Position numbers and translations under genes: made by a program. Shown in pieces: positions 1 to 12,877 of a stretch of 64,000 bases of DNA (positions within the stretch are counted from its first letter, which is position 1; each line of letters starts with the position of its first letter). The stretch is taken from contig JAYWIR010000009.1 in NCBI GenBank assembly GCA_036172245.1, positions 1,860,001 through 1,924,000 on the forward strand, read 5' to 3'. The DNA comes from Raillietiella orientalis (lineage: Eukaryota). Below the pieces are notes generated by a model. It searched no databases and was not told the origin of the DNA. It worked only from the letters and a program-made list of their open reading frames with translations.

Positions 1-960
1 GTTCACCCCCAGGTCCGTCCCACGGCTGGGCAACTCGAAGAAATCCTCGAGAGCGGAAGGGACGTGGGTGGAACTGGGGCCGCAGCAGCAGAAGATCGTC
101 TGCGCAGACCGACACGGCGGGAGTGGCGGGACACGAGCTCGGCAGGGCTGCCAGAGCCTCCCTGCATGCTCTCAGCACCAATTCAAAATGAATGCTGAAG
201 AGCAGGGGCTGAGGCTGTCCTCCGGCCTCATGCCACGCCGAAGCGGCACGCCGTGCACGTGCCGGCCGCTGAAATTGATATTAGTAAACGCGAAGCGCCA
301 GCAGGAGCGCAGATAGGCCAGGAAGACTGTCGGAAATCCCATGCGTTCGAGGAGCTCCGGAAGGATTTCCTGGTCGACTCAGTCGGAAGCTTTGCGCAAA
401 TCGACTGCGACTGCGTGGTCGACCTCTTCTCCCCCTTGGCCTTCCCCCACCCCCCGGTCAGAGGAGAATGCAGGGTTCTCATGACGCAGCTGCACCTCGC
501 GTCCTTCCCCAGTTCCAAAGCCGCGCTTTCGGCTTTTGCATCCCCCCCTTCCTCCTCCTCCCCTAGCGAGTTTTAAAAATGGCATCACTTCCTGGATTTT
601 GCCGTGGCAGATTACAGGGGACACTGGAGATTCGATTTCGCGGTCCGACGTCAGCTGTGTGACTGCATGGAAACGGCTCCATCCATCAGGGTGGGAACAT
701 CTCCGTCTTCCGGGGGCGGGAAGGAAGAGGGGGATGCGAGGGCGCGCCGAATGCCTCTGGCCCACGTGCCAATTGTTCACGAATCAGCGGATGGGGTAAC
801 GAGATCAACAGAGGAGCATGGGGCCAGCTTCCTGTATCCTGCGAGGCAGGATTCTCCATCTGGGGGGGGGGGGGGAAGGATCTCCGACGATCGCGCGCCT
901 CCCCAGCGGAACAGAGAGCTCGAGTGCTTCCGTTTCGAGAGCGACGCAAAAGACTGCACG
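1..960 (-). mobile_element. Degenerate non-LTR retrotransposon reverse transcriptase (L1/Tx1-like ORF2 relic), running off the window start
   Basis: Manual minus-strand translation with stops and frameshifts gives RT motifs in order: PPPDG..YRKLAP (~SPGPDG..FYK), AVAVDLRKASD*VDQEILPELLERMGFP (~LDFEKAFDRVDH..L..MGFP), VPLRRGMRPEDSLSP/LLFSI (~RGVRQGCPLSPLLF), VCADDLLL (~YADD). Confidence 0.8.
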
Positions 961-1459
961 CCCGTCTTCCTGGAGCAGCTTCAACTTCTTCCGTTGCCTG
1001 CTCGCAGACGAACACGGGGAAGTTCCAGAAGAGAAACCGCGTTGCCGCGAGGCGTTCCCGTTACTTTGCAGGAGCGCAGATCGTCTGACGTTCCCTCTTC
1101 TCACGTGTCTTCCAACGGATCGACCGATTCCGTGGGGCCTTAATGGAAGGATCGCTCCCGAACGAAGAGATGCTGTGGGGACCCCACGTCTCGATTCCGA
1201 GAGCTCTCCCGACCCCTCTCCTCCCGTCGCCGCTTCGGAGCCTTGAAACTCGCTCAGCGAAGGGTGTCCCTTGCGTGTCGCGGACGGCGAACACGTGGGT
1301 TGCACAGCCGTTTCGTCATCCAGTAGGGAAGAGAAGGGATGCCTTCGGATGCTCCTCCGGTGCGCCCGAGCCGGGAACACCGCCCTGCGAGCGCAACACG
1401 GAGGTGCGAAAGCACCCGCAGAACGGCACTCGAGGTTTCACCAGGTCAGCTGACTGACG

Positions 1460-2256
1460 CTGCCACCCCGAGTACGCCTCCCCATGGACTTCTGCGCTGG
1501 GGCGCGCTGCTCGACGTTCCCATTGAACGTCTGAAGTGGCCCCCGGTGCTCATGAACACTTCCGCCCTTCCCTTAAAATGGCAGGAGTCGGCTCTCCTGT
1601 TGCAGCACTGGGGACTCCCCTGCAACGCCCGCCGACACCACTGGACCTGGGGAGCGGTGGACCCTAATTGTGTTAGGTGTGGGGAACGGGAGTCCCTCCC
1701 CCACCTGCTTGTGGATTGTGTTGCCCTCCGGCCCCTTTGGTTCCGCTTTGCCGCGGCCATCGGAATCCCCTGCGGCAACCCCAGGGACGCTCTGAAAGCC
1801 CTCTTCGTTGCCGACGCCCTTCGGCCAGCGGCCTCGTTAGCAGCCCTGTGCTGCCTACGCGGGATCGTCGCCGCCTGGAGCAAGGCTACGGGAGGACCAC
1901 ACGACCAGGGTGCCATCCAGCCAGCCTCCCTGTTCCTGAGGTGGGCTTCGCGATGGCCCCACCTGGATCCAAGCATGCAGCAAGAGCTTGCCGGCATCCT
2001 GAGAAGGATGCAACGGCCCCACCAGCTACAGTGACCCTTCCCGTACCCTCCAACTTTTTCTTTTCTTTTTGTTTTGTTTTTTTTTTGTTTTTCCCCCTTC
2101 CCCCTGCTGCCGTGGTGGACCGTACCGGTCTGCGAGCCGGTGACCCGGCGGGCTCTGTGTTTCTTCGTGCGTGGCTGGAGCATTGGTCCAGCCACTGCAC
2201 GTCTTTCTTAAAGTTTATTGTTTGAATAAACGCCCCGGCGAAATCCGGGTGAAAAT
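1460..2256 (+). mobile_element. 5'-truncated L1/Tx1-like LINE 3' end (zf-RVT C-terminus plus 3' UTR)
   Basis: An intact frame to TGA 2034 contains LQHWGLPCNARRHHW..NCVRCGERESLPHLLVDC..LRPLW (CxxC...HxxxxC knuckle of L1/Tx1 ORF2). It is followed by a pyrimidine tract, hairpins and AATAAA at 2225-2230. Confidence 0.8.
2090..2256 (+). other. Structured LINE 3'-UTR motif (3-4 hairpins), copy 1
   Basis: Stems ACCGG 2124-2128/CCGGT 2137-2141, GTGGCTGGA 2171-2179/TCCAGCCAC 2187-2195 and CCCGG 2234-2238/CCGGG 2245-2249. The same order recurs at 50990-51160. Confidence 0.65.
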
Positions 2257-4710
2257 CGAGGTTTCACCACTTTGGACGCGACTTCGGATTCGGAAGGGTC
2301 GCCTGGCAACCCTTCGAAGCCCCCCGTGTGCTTCTCGTTCCTCGTAACGACAGAGGCTTGCAGCGTTTCTCTTCCCCCCCCCCCCCCCCAAAAAAAAGAA
2401 AAATGGCGGTACTCAAACGCGGACAGCTTGTGCAAAATGCATCTTGCTTTCGTACCAAAAAAAAAAAAAAAACAGCTTATCGATCTGCAATGTGTACGTT
2501 CTCTGATATGTTAATGCTACTTGAAAAACAAACGTTACAACAACGTGAGCCGAAATGCACCGACTTCAGACAAAACAAGAAGGATGACGTCTGTGCGCCG
2601 CATGCCGTTCTCAAGAGAAGGGAGGGGAGGGGAAAAAAAAAAGAAAAAAAGAGCGATGGCTGCCAACAAGAACGCGTGACCCGACCTAACCTTTCGTGTC
2701 CTCGCAAGCGAACATTTCCCTCGGACGCAGTCATCAACGACAAAACGACCATCTTCCCGTTCGACTGGACCGCCGCAAGTCCGACTCCTGCTGGAATCCG
2801 CTCATCGGATCGTTCCAGCGTGCTCCCTCCTCGCATACCACCCTAATCAAATTAGCACGCCTGCACGCGTGCGTGCGTTCGCGGCACGGTGGGGCCGGGA
2901 CATCCGAGCAGTTTATGCGAAGGATCATCCCTGAGGTCTCCCTGTTCCCGGGGAATGCACTCCGAGACAAACGACTCGCGGAATTCGCGTCGGAAGGAAA
3001 TTCCCATTCGTTCAAATACTTCGTTTTGTTTCTCCCTTTTCTTCTTCTTCTTCTTTTCTCTCTCTCCCCGTTTTTCCCAGAACAGATTAGCAGCGTAAGG
3101 AGCGACGCATTTCGTTCCCTGTACCTGTTTGTAGCAAAACGAATGCCACTCCCTTCATTCTATTAATATGCGTTTTTCAACCCATACCTATTTATAACGA
3201 CCCAACTGACAGCGGAAGCCGATAGCGCCGGCACAATGTCGACGGCTCGCGTTCGATCCCCGGGAACGGCAGCGCGAGTCTCCTGCAGAAGGGGTGCTGA
3301 GCGTTTCCGGGAACCGACGATGCGAGCCCGCCCGTTTGCGAGCGCAGTCGGGAACCGGAAGCGAATTCCCGCTCCCGAACGCCGCCACCCTCCGCTCTGC
3401 TCCGGGAACCCCTCGGCGCTGACTCGGAAACCGGGTCGGCTCGATTGTTGCGCCCCCGGTCGCGTGACCTGCACCTCTTTTTTTTTCTTCTTTTTTTGCG
3501 TTCTTCTCTTTCTCCCTATCCCTGGGGCCTCAGGAATGCCATCTGTTCTCTTCGGCAGGTCCAATGTGTTTCAGCAGCAGCGTTCGAAACTGCTTCTTGA
3601 CCTTGCGGACTCTTCGGTTGCCACCGTCGTTCGCGTCCCAACGAGGCTGCTGCTGCTGCTGCTGCATGCGCGCGCCATCCGATCATCTGAAGCTCTTGAG
3701 CTGAGCGAGCACGATGGGCCAATAAACATTCGTGTTCCCACGGAACGGTGACATTCGATGGGATGGGCAGAGGTGGGGGCAAGCGACCACGCTTTTGAGC
3801 GTTTCGACACGGGGAGCGGGGGAAAAAAATCTCGTCGGTAACTCACGAGGAATGAAAACTGCACGCGTGAGTGGCTGCAGGCTGATCAGCATCCCGCGAG
3901 GACCGCAATCCGCGCGTCTTCTGAGACGAGCGGCGGACGAATGCGAAACGCGCAGAAGACAGCACAACAACAACATCGAATGTGACCTCGCGGATACCCA
4001 CGGAAGAAGGGGGGGGGGGGGGGGAGGAAGAGTGTGTGACGCGAACGCGTAGGGACTAGAATCCGTAGGGACGTTTTCAGGGATGTGTTTGTGTGCTCCC
4101 CTGATACACACAGCAGCACGCATGCATTAGAATTCTTGGGCAAAGAATTTCCCGGGACTCCGTTCCTCCTAGCGCCCTGGTATGGGGGGGGGGCTAAACA
4201 AGCCGCACAGATTCTGCAGATTTCCGGGGTTTCCTTCTTAGCAAAGGGCAAATAAAATTCACGGAGGGAGGGAGGAAAGGAAAAGAAAAGCCGATGTTCG
4301 CCTTGGAAATTTTTCCGTGGGCCCGGGGCTGCACATCCTCGCGCCTTTCCGAACCGATGGCGCTGTTCGCGAGGGTCCGTCGGCCGTTCGAGCGGTCGCG
4401 GTTTCAGCAGCTGCATTCAACCCGGAGAATTGCACATGTTCCTGTCGCCGGGCAACCGACTCTCCTTGCAGCATCTTTCGAAACGAGCAACGGATCCGAC
4501 GTCCTCATCCGCCTCAACAGAACCGCTCGCGACGCGTGCCGGAGGTGAGATGACGCCGCCTCCGGAGCCTTCCAGTTGAGTCCCGTCCGAGGACGGAGAC
4601 GCTCGTGCGCCTATGCTCCCCGTTACGAGCGCCGCCGTGCCTGTCGAAGGCACCGCTCCTACTTCCGCGCCCTACTGAGTAGCGCCTGTCACGCCCTCGA
4701 ACGAGAGACC

Positions 4711-6800
4711 TTATTTATAACCTATTTTCACATGTGTCTCTTCAGGGCGCCTAATGGCACGGCTTCCCGGCGGCTCTGCCACGCCTGGCTGCTGTCCCGG
4801 CTGGCAGGGACGCGAGTCGGACTCGACCCGCCAAAAGCGCATCGGATTACGAAGAGCCGTTGCGTGTTGGCAGCGCAGGCAGTGGGACACGCACGCATCC
4901 CTCGCCCTCAGGCAAGCCCCCGCCCATCCTCGAGCAGTCTGGAGCAGGCTTTCCAGCGGAAGGGGGGGGAATGGGGAGGGGAAGAGACCAGGAGGGCGTC
5001 GTCTCCGGTTAGGGCTCATCGGGGGGTGTAGCGCCATTCGCCGCGGCCCACGGACATGCTGCGCGGCCTCGTGAGCTGCTGCCCGTCTGGTGGAGCGGCG
5101 GACAAGGACCGGCGGGCATGCCGGTCATGAAGCGGGAAGCCGCGCCCCGCAGCATTTCCCCTGCCTCTCGGCATGTTGCTCTTCCCTCCCCCGTCCTCCC
5201 GAAGATCCCGTTCTCCCAAGCGATTGTCTCCATCTTGGGCATCCTAAAGGGATCTCTGCTCGTCCGCAAAGAGGTCGTCCTATTGCCAAAGAGGGCCCGT
5301 CGTAGGAAATCCAAAGCATCGTCCGGGTTTCCCCTCCGGCGCAGCCAGATGTGCTCGTAGGGGATTCCTGTCGCCCTGCAGTGTCGTGAGCCGTCCTTTC
5401 GGAAATTCCCTCCGGGCCCTGTAGAGCGACGTTGCCTCCATCCTTGGCTCTCCGGGAGAGGGCGCTGCGGCTCCTGCGCCGGCAGAGGCGACGCCAGGGT
5501 GGTCTCCCAGGAGACGGACGGACGCCAGCCGACACCTCGAGCATGGTCTTTCACCTGAGGCGAACGGCCGTCTCCTGCTAGACATCGATGGCGACGGGCT
5601 TGCGGGGAGGATGATGGCCGCTTCTGGCCAGCTGACTCCTAATTAGGCCGCTTCCTCCGGGAAAAGCCTGTCGAGGAGGATTGATTGACCCTGGGATCCC
5701 GGATGGTGTAGCCGGGCACGCGTTTCGGGACCCTCCGCAGGTTCTTCCTGGAAGCCTGGGGGACGGGCCCGCTGCCAGCATCGCCGCCGGATGCCCAAAG
5801 GCTCCGTGCCAGCGCGAGGCCCGCCTGGCCATATGGCGTGGTCGCGCGCCCGGCGCCAGGGACATGCACACTCTGCGCTCAGGGAACGTCCGGCTCGCCT
5901 TCCCTGATGGCCAGATGGCACGGGAGACTCCCTGACGCACGGGGAGAGGGAACTCCTCTCACGGTGCGCTTTCCCGGAGACCTGCCAGGAGGAACCTCTC
6001 CCGTTCCCTGGGAACCGCCGCAACCTGGATCAAGTGCATCCTTCCTCCGGGATAAAGGGCGCACTTAACCACCAGGAGGCATCCTAAGAAGCGGAGGCAG
6101 GCCGATTCGCTCCCGAGCGACGCCGCTGCTTTTCCCCCGGAGAGGCCCGCGCCGGGAGCCAAGCAGCTATACGGCGTCTCTCTCACCTCCTGAAGAGGTC
6201 ACCCCACCCCAACCCCTGCGACCGCCCATCTGACGCCTGAGAGGCGACCAGGGAGCCACCTTTGCACCCGCGCGGTTCGGCCGCCGAACCTGGGCGTCGG
6301 GCCAGCCCTGTTCCCGGAAACCGGGAAGCGACGCGGAGAAGAACGGCGGAGGGGGTGAGCAACAGGGGGAGCGGGTAGTCGCCGCCACGGCCGGGAGAAC
6401 GCAAGACGCTCGAGGATCCCGGGAAGTCACGGGACTCCCCTCTCCCTTCCTGCCTTCGAGAACGGGTCTCTCCCCGACCCACCCCTCTTCGAGGATCCTC
6501 GACGGCGAAGGAGGCCGCGGTAGAGACAGTAACGCCCCCTCGGAGGACGGGAGTCCCTTGCTTCCCGTCTCCGGGATCATCGACCTCGCGCAACCGGTTG
6601 GAGGGGACGAGGGGGAAAAAAAGGCGCTCGTCTCCCGCCCGGCCCGCAATTTGGCTAATGGAGGGACCCGTCTCCGCGGCAACGAGGAGAGCGCCGCGTC
6701 CCGGAAGTCTTCTCCCTGGGAGATCATCCCGACTCTTCCCGCGGACTCTCCGCTCCCGGCTCCGTCAAGGGGACCGTCCTCGGCGGAGCGGCAGGCGACC
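4711..6800 (-). mobile_element. Degenerate L1/Tx1-like ORF2 relic (RT to C-terminal region)
   Basis: Colinear decayed motifs on the minus strand: GEDFRDAALS (~NFRPISL), EGALLSL (~GALLSLD), GFREQGWP (~GVRQGCP), GAGLSGGK...LRFLGCLL (~GA.LN..K...YLG), EHIWL....DALDFLRRALFG (zf-RVT-adjacent). Boundaries are approximate. Confidence 0.5.
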
Positions 6801-9800
6801 CGGGAACCTCACAGCTGCTCAATGGGAAGCCGGTCGCGGCCCCCGGGACTGCAGAGACCAACAGGAGCCGCCACGCCCTCCTCGGGAGGAACCACGTCTC
6901 CCCGCGCTCTCTCCCACGGGTCACCTACGCGGGACCATCTCTCCACCAGGACGCCTTTCGCCCCTCCTCATGGAAAGTCCGCTTTTCGCCCCGTCCCTCC
7001 GCCCACGCAGCCGGGGTGCGAGCACGCGGCCTCCGCGCCGCGGGGACGCGGAGGTCGCCTGCGGCGCGTGGATGGCGCCCCCACGTCCCCAACCCTGCGA
7101 CGGAACGCATCCGCGCGCGTTCTTCCCATCCTCCGCCGCGAGAGGATCTCCCGTTGCTCCCGTACGAGCTGCTCCCCCCCCCCTCTTCCTCGTTCCCCTC
7201 TGCTTATCGTTTACTCCCGTTGCTTTCCTTCCAGTCGGAAGTTGCGCGTGCGCGCGCTCGTCCGCCTCGCTTCCCTTCTCTCGCGCTTCCGGAGATGCGT
7301 TGCCGGAAAGAGGAGGGCTCACCGAGGAAGGGGTGCGTACGACGCGGCGTGGCGCCCGCTCCGAGGTTTTCCCCGATGCTCCTCGGGCGGTCGTAGGGTG
7401 TGGCGTGGAGGCCCTGCTTTCGCGCAGCCGCCGCAGTCCGAAAGTCCCTACGACAAAGCAGCGGGACTCTGTTGTGCACCGGTCGCGGGAGAAGCGAATC
7501 CGCGCACGCCCGGGGCTCTCTAAATCCTCCCGTTGTCATGGCATCCCCGTCCACAGCGCGCAGCTCACTTGGCTAATTGTGCGGAACCGTCCCTCTGCCC
7601 GTGCGCCGCCATCTTTGCAAGAAGCTGCAACTCGGGTTTCGCCGCATTCCCCGTTTCGGATGGCGGGCCCAAGATGCACACAGCCTCTCCGAGCGGGTTC
7701 AGCCGCAAGAGGAGCACGCACGCGCGCTTCCGTTGTTCCATGGATGCAGTTTGTTTTCCCGAACGCATCCGAGTGCGGTAACGAAAACGCAATCCATGTA
7801 ACGCGACCCGTAACCACGTGACCTACAGTGACACAAATCAGCGCTGCTGCTGATGCGCTGCGCGAAGTTTTTCATTTCACTTTGTTTTTGTTCCAATGAA
7901 ACCGTTTATCGCTCAGCTCACAGATCTTTCTTCTCCATGTTGTCATCCGGAGAAAGGGGTAGGCCATAGGGTGCTGTAGGCTGCCAACACAAAGAGCCTC
8001 TACGGCGCGAAAACACGGAGCGATTTGTGACGTCACACTGCAGTCGAAAGTGCAAGACCTTTCTGCCACGGGTGTATGTGGTCGAGGTGAAGGGGAGAGG
8101 GAAGTTTCTGGAATGGCACCCTTCCATCTGATCGGAAGAACACTGACCTGAACTGCTGTTCCCCATCTTGAAAGAGGGGGGGGGGGGCGCCGAAAAGGAA
8201 AGAAAAATGCCGAACGTTACGACGAGAGTGTTTTTTTCCCCTAAAGAAATCCCTTTCGTGGGCTTTTTGTTTTTTTGTTTGTTTTGTTTTTTAATTACAG
8301 TAATTGATTCCCTATCGGCTTCAATTCGTGGGCAATCACTCCCAACCTGAGTAGATTCGATTAAGGAGTGGCGAGTGTGTGTCTTCCACTTTATTGTCCG
8401 GGACCAGGAGCGATGAGGGACTCGGCGCTTCCCTGCATGCGAGGCTCCTGCAAAGAGCCGCTCGCCCCTCGCCGCCGACCATTGGGGTCGGGCAAATCCT
8501 CTTCCCCCCCCCCCCCCCCACACACACACACGACACGCCGGTCGACTAATCAGCGAGAGGGAACCTCCCGTTCCCCAGCGGGCGCAGTTTGGCGCAGTCC
8601 TCGTAGCAAAGATTCCCCCCGCCCTCACGGAGGAGGCACTCCGTTCCCGCGGAAAGCCGTGATTGCTTGGACACAGGAAAACTCCGCGCGCGTTTTCTCT
8701 GCGTGCGAATACACGCACGCACGTGCGCTGGCGTCCCTTTGTTCCCACGAGGGGTGTCCGGGCACTTGGGTTTCCCATCCGCTGATTGGACGTTCCTCAA
8801 CAATCGGACGGGCGAACACACGCTCACCGAACGAATCCGCTGCCTTCCTCCCTTGTTTTTTTTTTTTTTTTGTTTTGTTGTTGTTGTTTGTTTGTTTTCA
8901 ATCGGAGCCGCGGAAGTTCGTCTCGAAAGATCTGGACCGATCCCATTTTGACAGATCGGCGTTTTCCGGTCCGGATGGCCGTCCCTCAGTTACGAGGAGG
9001 AGGCACGGAGAAGCGATTCGCGGGAGCCCGTTCCCGCGAAACTCTTGCAGCGCCGCCAGCGTGAGACACGGGTACGCACGCACGTACGTAGGACGCGCGC
9101 ACGAAGTGTGTGCACGTACGTGCACAGCAAGCCAGCACGCGTGCCTTCGTGGCGCACCTCGTCTCCGGCGCGCCCATTTCGCGGGAGAAGGTGTGCCTTC
9201 GTCGTCCAAGGGCATGGCGCCTAGCCCGAGTAGGGCCGCGCAAGCCGCTGGGGACCATCGCCTGCCCCGCTCGCGAACTCGCTCTCCCTAGGAGGGGGAC
9301 TCCCTCACTTCGAGAGGACCCCGTTGCTGAAGCGTGGGGTGGAGCCGAGTAGCTCTCGGGGTCTCCGCGGAGGTAAGCCAAGGAGCGAATGGCGGCGCTT
9401 CCGAAGGAAGGGGTGGGCGGTCGCACGCCGTTGCCCCTGCGCCTCCGCCGGAGGCGGCGGAAGCGGTCCCTGACGCCTCGTCGACACCGCCGCGAGACCC
9501 GCTACCAATCCCCCGTGCGCGAAGGAGGGAGGTAGGGAGGAAGAGAGGAGGAGGGAGAAAGAACGCGCGCGCGCCCCCGCCTCCCGCTGCTGCGCGCTCT
9601 TCGCGGTCGCCGACCGAGCGGCGCTCGCGGCAACCGCAGGTCCGAGTGAAACGTCTGGAGCTCACCCGCGGAGGTGGCGGATTGCGGCGACTGGCCACTC
9701 CCTCCCCCTCCCTCCTCCTTTCCTCCCGCTTCTTCCTCCAGCCTCCCTGGCAACCGCCGCTAGCGCCCGTTTCGTTGCGTGAGAACGTGACCCCCTATCG

Positions 9801-10279
9801 GGACCCTTGTAGGGCCGGGCGTGGCCCGTTCCTTCCTGGTCGTGCCTGCTCGAAACTGGCGCTGGGGGCGAGCGAGTGCGTCGGCGTCCTGGCAACGGGG
9901 GATGGGGGGAGGGAGGAAGAAGAGGAAACGCAGGTACGGCAGTTCGTCTGCTTCCCTCTCCCTCCCGGAAAACGCAGCCGGCCGGTTCGCGAGGACCCAC
10001 GCGAGGACTCCTCTGTGGGATGACCCCATGCCCTCCGCTTGCCTCTCGGATAGCCCTCCGTCCCGTGCCAGGAGGAAGTTGCAGCGGAGACTCCCTCCTC
10101 CCCCTTCTCCCTTCCTGCTCCCCTGGGAGCCTCCCTGCCGCAGCAAGGCCCCAGCAGAGCCCGCGCTCCGAACGGGCCGCACTCGTGGGCGAGAGGGGCG
10201 ACGCGCGCGCCACCGCCGCGCGTCCTCGGTCCCGCCGTCGTCAAGGGCGACGCGCGCCCCCGGCGCGTGGACCGCGCGG

Positions 10280-10700
10280 CATCTGCGGAGCGGCGTCGGG
10301 AGCTCGGAGGGTGCGCGCGGACCACCCTCGGCTGCCAGTCCGCGGAGCAGATGTTCCCTGGACCGTGCAGCAGCTGCTCTTCGGAAGATGCGAGGATCCC
10401 GCCCGAAGCGCGCAGGTGTGCCACGAGGAGAGGGGGAGAGAGATCGTTTCCTGCTACGCGGCGCAGCCTCCCGTCCGCCCCTCCGGGGATTCCGCAGCGG
10501 AGGGACGCCGCCCGGAGAGGAGGAGGAGGCGAACGCCTCGAGGATGCTGCGGGACCGGCCGGGCGGAGCCGCCGCACCTGCCGCCCGCCCGCGTGCCGGA
10601 GCTGCAGCTGCTCGGGTCAAATCTGGAGAGCCGCTCGCCCAGCGGGGGCGGAGAATGCCCGGGGGCTGACCCCACAGCTGGCGAGAGACGGCCACGAGGA
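10280..10700 (-). mobile_element. Highly degenerate non-LTR RT fragment
   Basis: Minus-strand PDLTRA (~LDL.KAF), RRVAGNDLSPPLL (~RGVRQGDPLSPLL) and ICSAD (~YADD) in the expected order. Confidence 0.35.
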
Positions 10701-12739
10701 GGCAGCTGCCACGGGACCGGGAGGCGCCCCCTCTTCCTCCCGGCGGCGCTCCGGGTCGCCGAGGACGGGAATCCTGGACCGCCGTCACTCCCTGTCTTCC
10801 CCAACATCCCCTCCCCTGCTCTGGACGCCCCCTCCCACACGAGGAAACGTATGGAGGAGATCCGACCGGGAGGGGGGAGATGCACGATCGATCCACCAAT
10901 CTCCGGAGGTCAAAAAAAAAAAAAAAAAAAAGGAGGGGGGGGGGAGGACAAAAAGGGCAAAGACGCCAGGCACTGCCTGAAGGCAGGACGGGGTTCGCTG
11001 GCTCAGGGGAGGGGGCACGGGAGGGGCATCGGGAGCGGCCCGCGCTGTTCCAGGACGTAAGTTCGCAGGGGCGCGCTGACGGCAGCGAGTCGGCGGGGCG
11101 GTGGCGTCAGCGGGCGCGCGCACGCGCGCGCAGTCAACACGGCGACATGCGGCGGCTGTCGGAGACGCGGAGAGGGGTGGTCGGCGTGCGCGCATGCGCG
11201 CCCCTCCGCCGCGCTCGCGGAGCGTGCGCGTCCTGCCCTGTCCGGCTCCATGCGCCGGAGAGCATCGCGCGCGTAGCACAGCGGCAGTTCTCGGTGATCC
11301 GGCGCGAGTGGCGCACTGCTGTGGTGGTGCGCGCCCTCCGACTACGCGGCGTGTGCCAACTCGACCCTCGCGGAAAGCGGAGTCTCTGGAGAGATGCGGC
11401 GCTGAATCGCCCGCCTGGAGACACGCAGAACCAGTCGAACGAACGGGAATGTGCGTGGCAGGCGTGCCTCGCGGGAATTCCGAGTCTGTGGTCACGCCTT
11501 CAGGTGGGTCGATGTGGTGTGGGCAAAAGAGCACCAGCTGCCGTGCGCGCTTTGCGTCGCGGACGCACGGGGCCAACTCGAAGCCTTGCCTTTGCTATAT
11601 GTGTACATGTACGCGTACACGTTCGACGAGCGGAGGTGCCTCCTGCCGCGAATGCCGTGCCACACCACCAGGCAAGCGGTTGGTGTTGCCCCCTCAGCGA
11701 TCGGTTTTCCCCTCCCCCCCTCCAAACGTCTTGGCCCGAGGCTTCCCGGTAGCCACGTTCCGTTGCGGTGGCTTTCGTTGCAACGTTCGTCGCTAACGGT
11801 GCGGAAGTCTGCCGTTGCCGAGTTCGCCGGCCTTTGCGTGACAGCTCGAAGTGTGCAAAGCTAAGCGAATCGGAAAGCGTACAGACACCATGTCGAGCCG
11901 CCCTTCGTGCCATCATGACCTTAGAATTCCCACACAACCAGCATGGCAGTCATCAGCTGACCCAAGGTGTAAGGGGTGGGGTGGCTGTAAACGGACTGCG
12001 TCCCCGCCCCCCTCCCGTCGTCTTCCAGAAGTGCGAGCGCAGCGTTTTGGAGTGCCTCCTCTTGTGCTTCTTGTGCCTATCCACGGTCCCTTCGCAACAG
12101 CTCCCTCGAGATTGCTTGCCTACCAAGTCGAGTGCTACGGAGTGCTGAGGGCAACTCCTCTCAGCTCTCGGCTCGAGACCGAAGAGTGTGGACGCGCGCA
12201 AAAAGAAAAAAAAAACAAAGGTCTTCTCGATGCGCTCCACGCGCCTTCGCGCCCCTCTGCTCTTCCCGCTCTGGGACGGTGTTCCTTGCTTTTCGTCGGT
12301 CGAATCTTCCGCGGCATGGACCTGCTTGCAAAGGGGCCTTATGAACCACGTCAGGTCACGTTTTGCTGCGGCAGCTTTCACTTGATAGCGTCTCTCTTCC
12401 GCCCTTCGTGTGTGCGTGCGTGTCTGCTGCGTGTCTTCTGGTGGCCGCTACTGTTTGGAAGACTTCGAACTTGAACGGTGCCGTGGCAACCGTGTCGTTG
12501 CCGAGCGCCAGCTGACAGTTTGCTCCGGATGGGCGTGGTGGGACTACACATGTGTGCTGCTCGACTCTGCTGCCGCTCGGCTATGGGTGGGGGTGGGCGT
12601 GGTAGATTCGCGCGGGTCATGTGTGTTGGGGCACATGCGTGAAGTGTGCAGATGTTCATCCTATGGGTGGGTTCACAGGAGGCGCGACGCTTTCCTTTGG
12701 TGCCGCGACCCTTATGCTGTTTTCTTGTCGTCGTTGCAG

Positions 12740-12877
12740 GAGTCCTGGACAGAGAGGTCTCTCGAGGAGAATCCCGCATTTCCTGTGCTGCTCCGTGAAC
12801 TTCCACAGCAGTGGTTGACGGTGGAACCAGTCGCGGAGGACCGCGTCCTGCGGGATAGCCGGCGTTTGCGACCGTCG
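12740..12877 (+). other. Candidate upstream exon, possibly 5'-UTR of the tincar-like gene
   Basis: Pyrimidine-rich acceptor TTTTCTTGTCGTCGTTGCAG ends at 12739 and donor G|GTGAGC starts at 12878. The 138 nt between contain no ATG. No transcript evidence. Confidence 0.3.

Noticed and set aside
2130..2153. Hammerhead ribozyme-like core (CTGCGAG-CCGG-TGAC-CCGG-CGGG)
   Set aside because: Lacks intact CUGANGA and GAAA cores, and the homologous copy at 51 kb conserves a different pairing.
3218..3271. tRNA-like sequence with GTTCGATCCC
   Set aside because: Only about 54 nt between the putative acceptor strands, with no proper D or anticodon arms.
7918..8170. MGNSSS myristoylation-like short ORF on the minus strand
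   Set aside because: No homology support; may be another retroelement remnant.
11953..12381. Minus-strand ORF with basic stretch HKKHKRRHSK
   Set aside because: No recognisable family and no linked exons.
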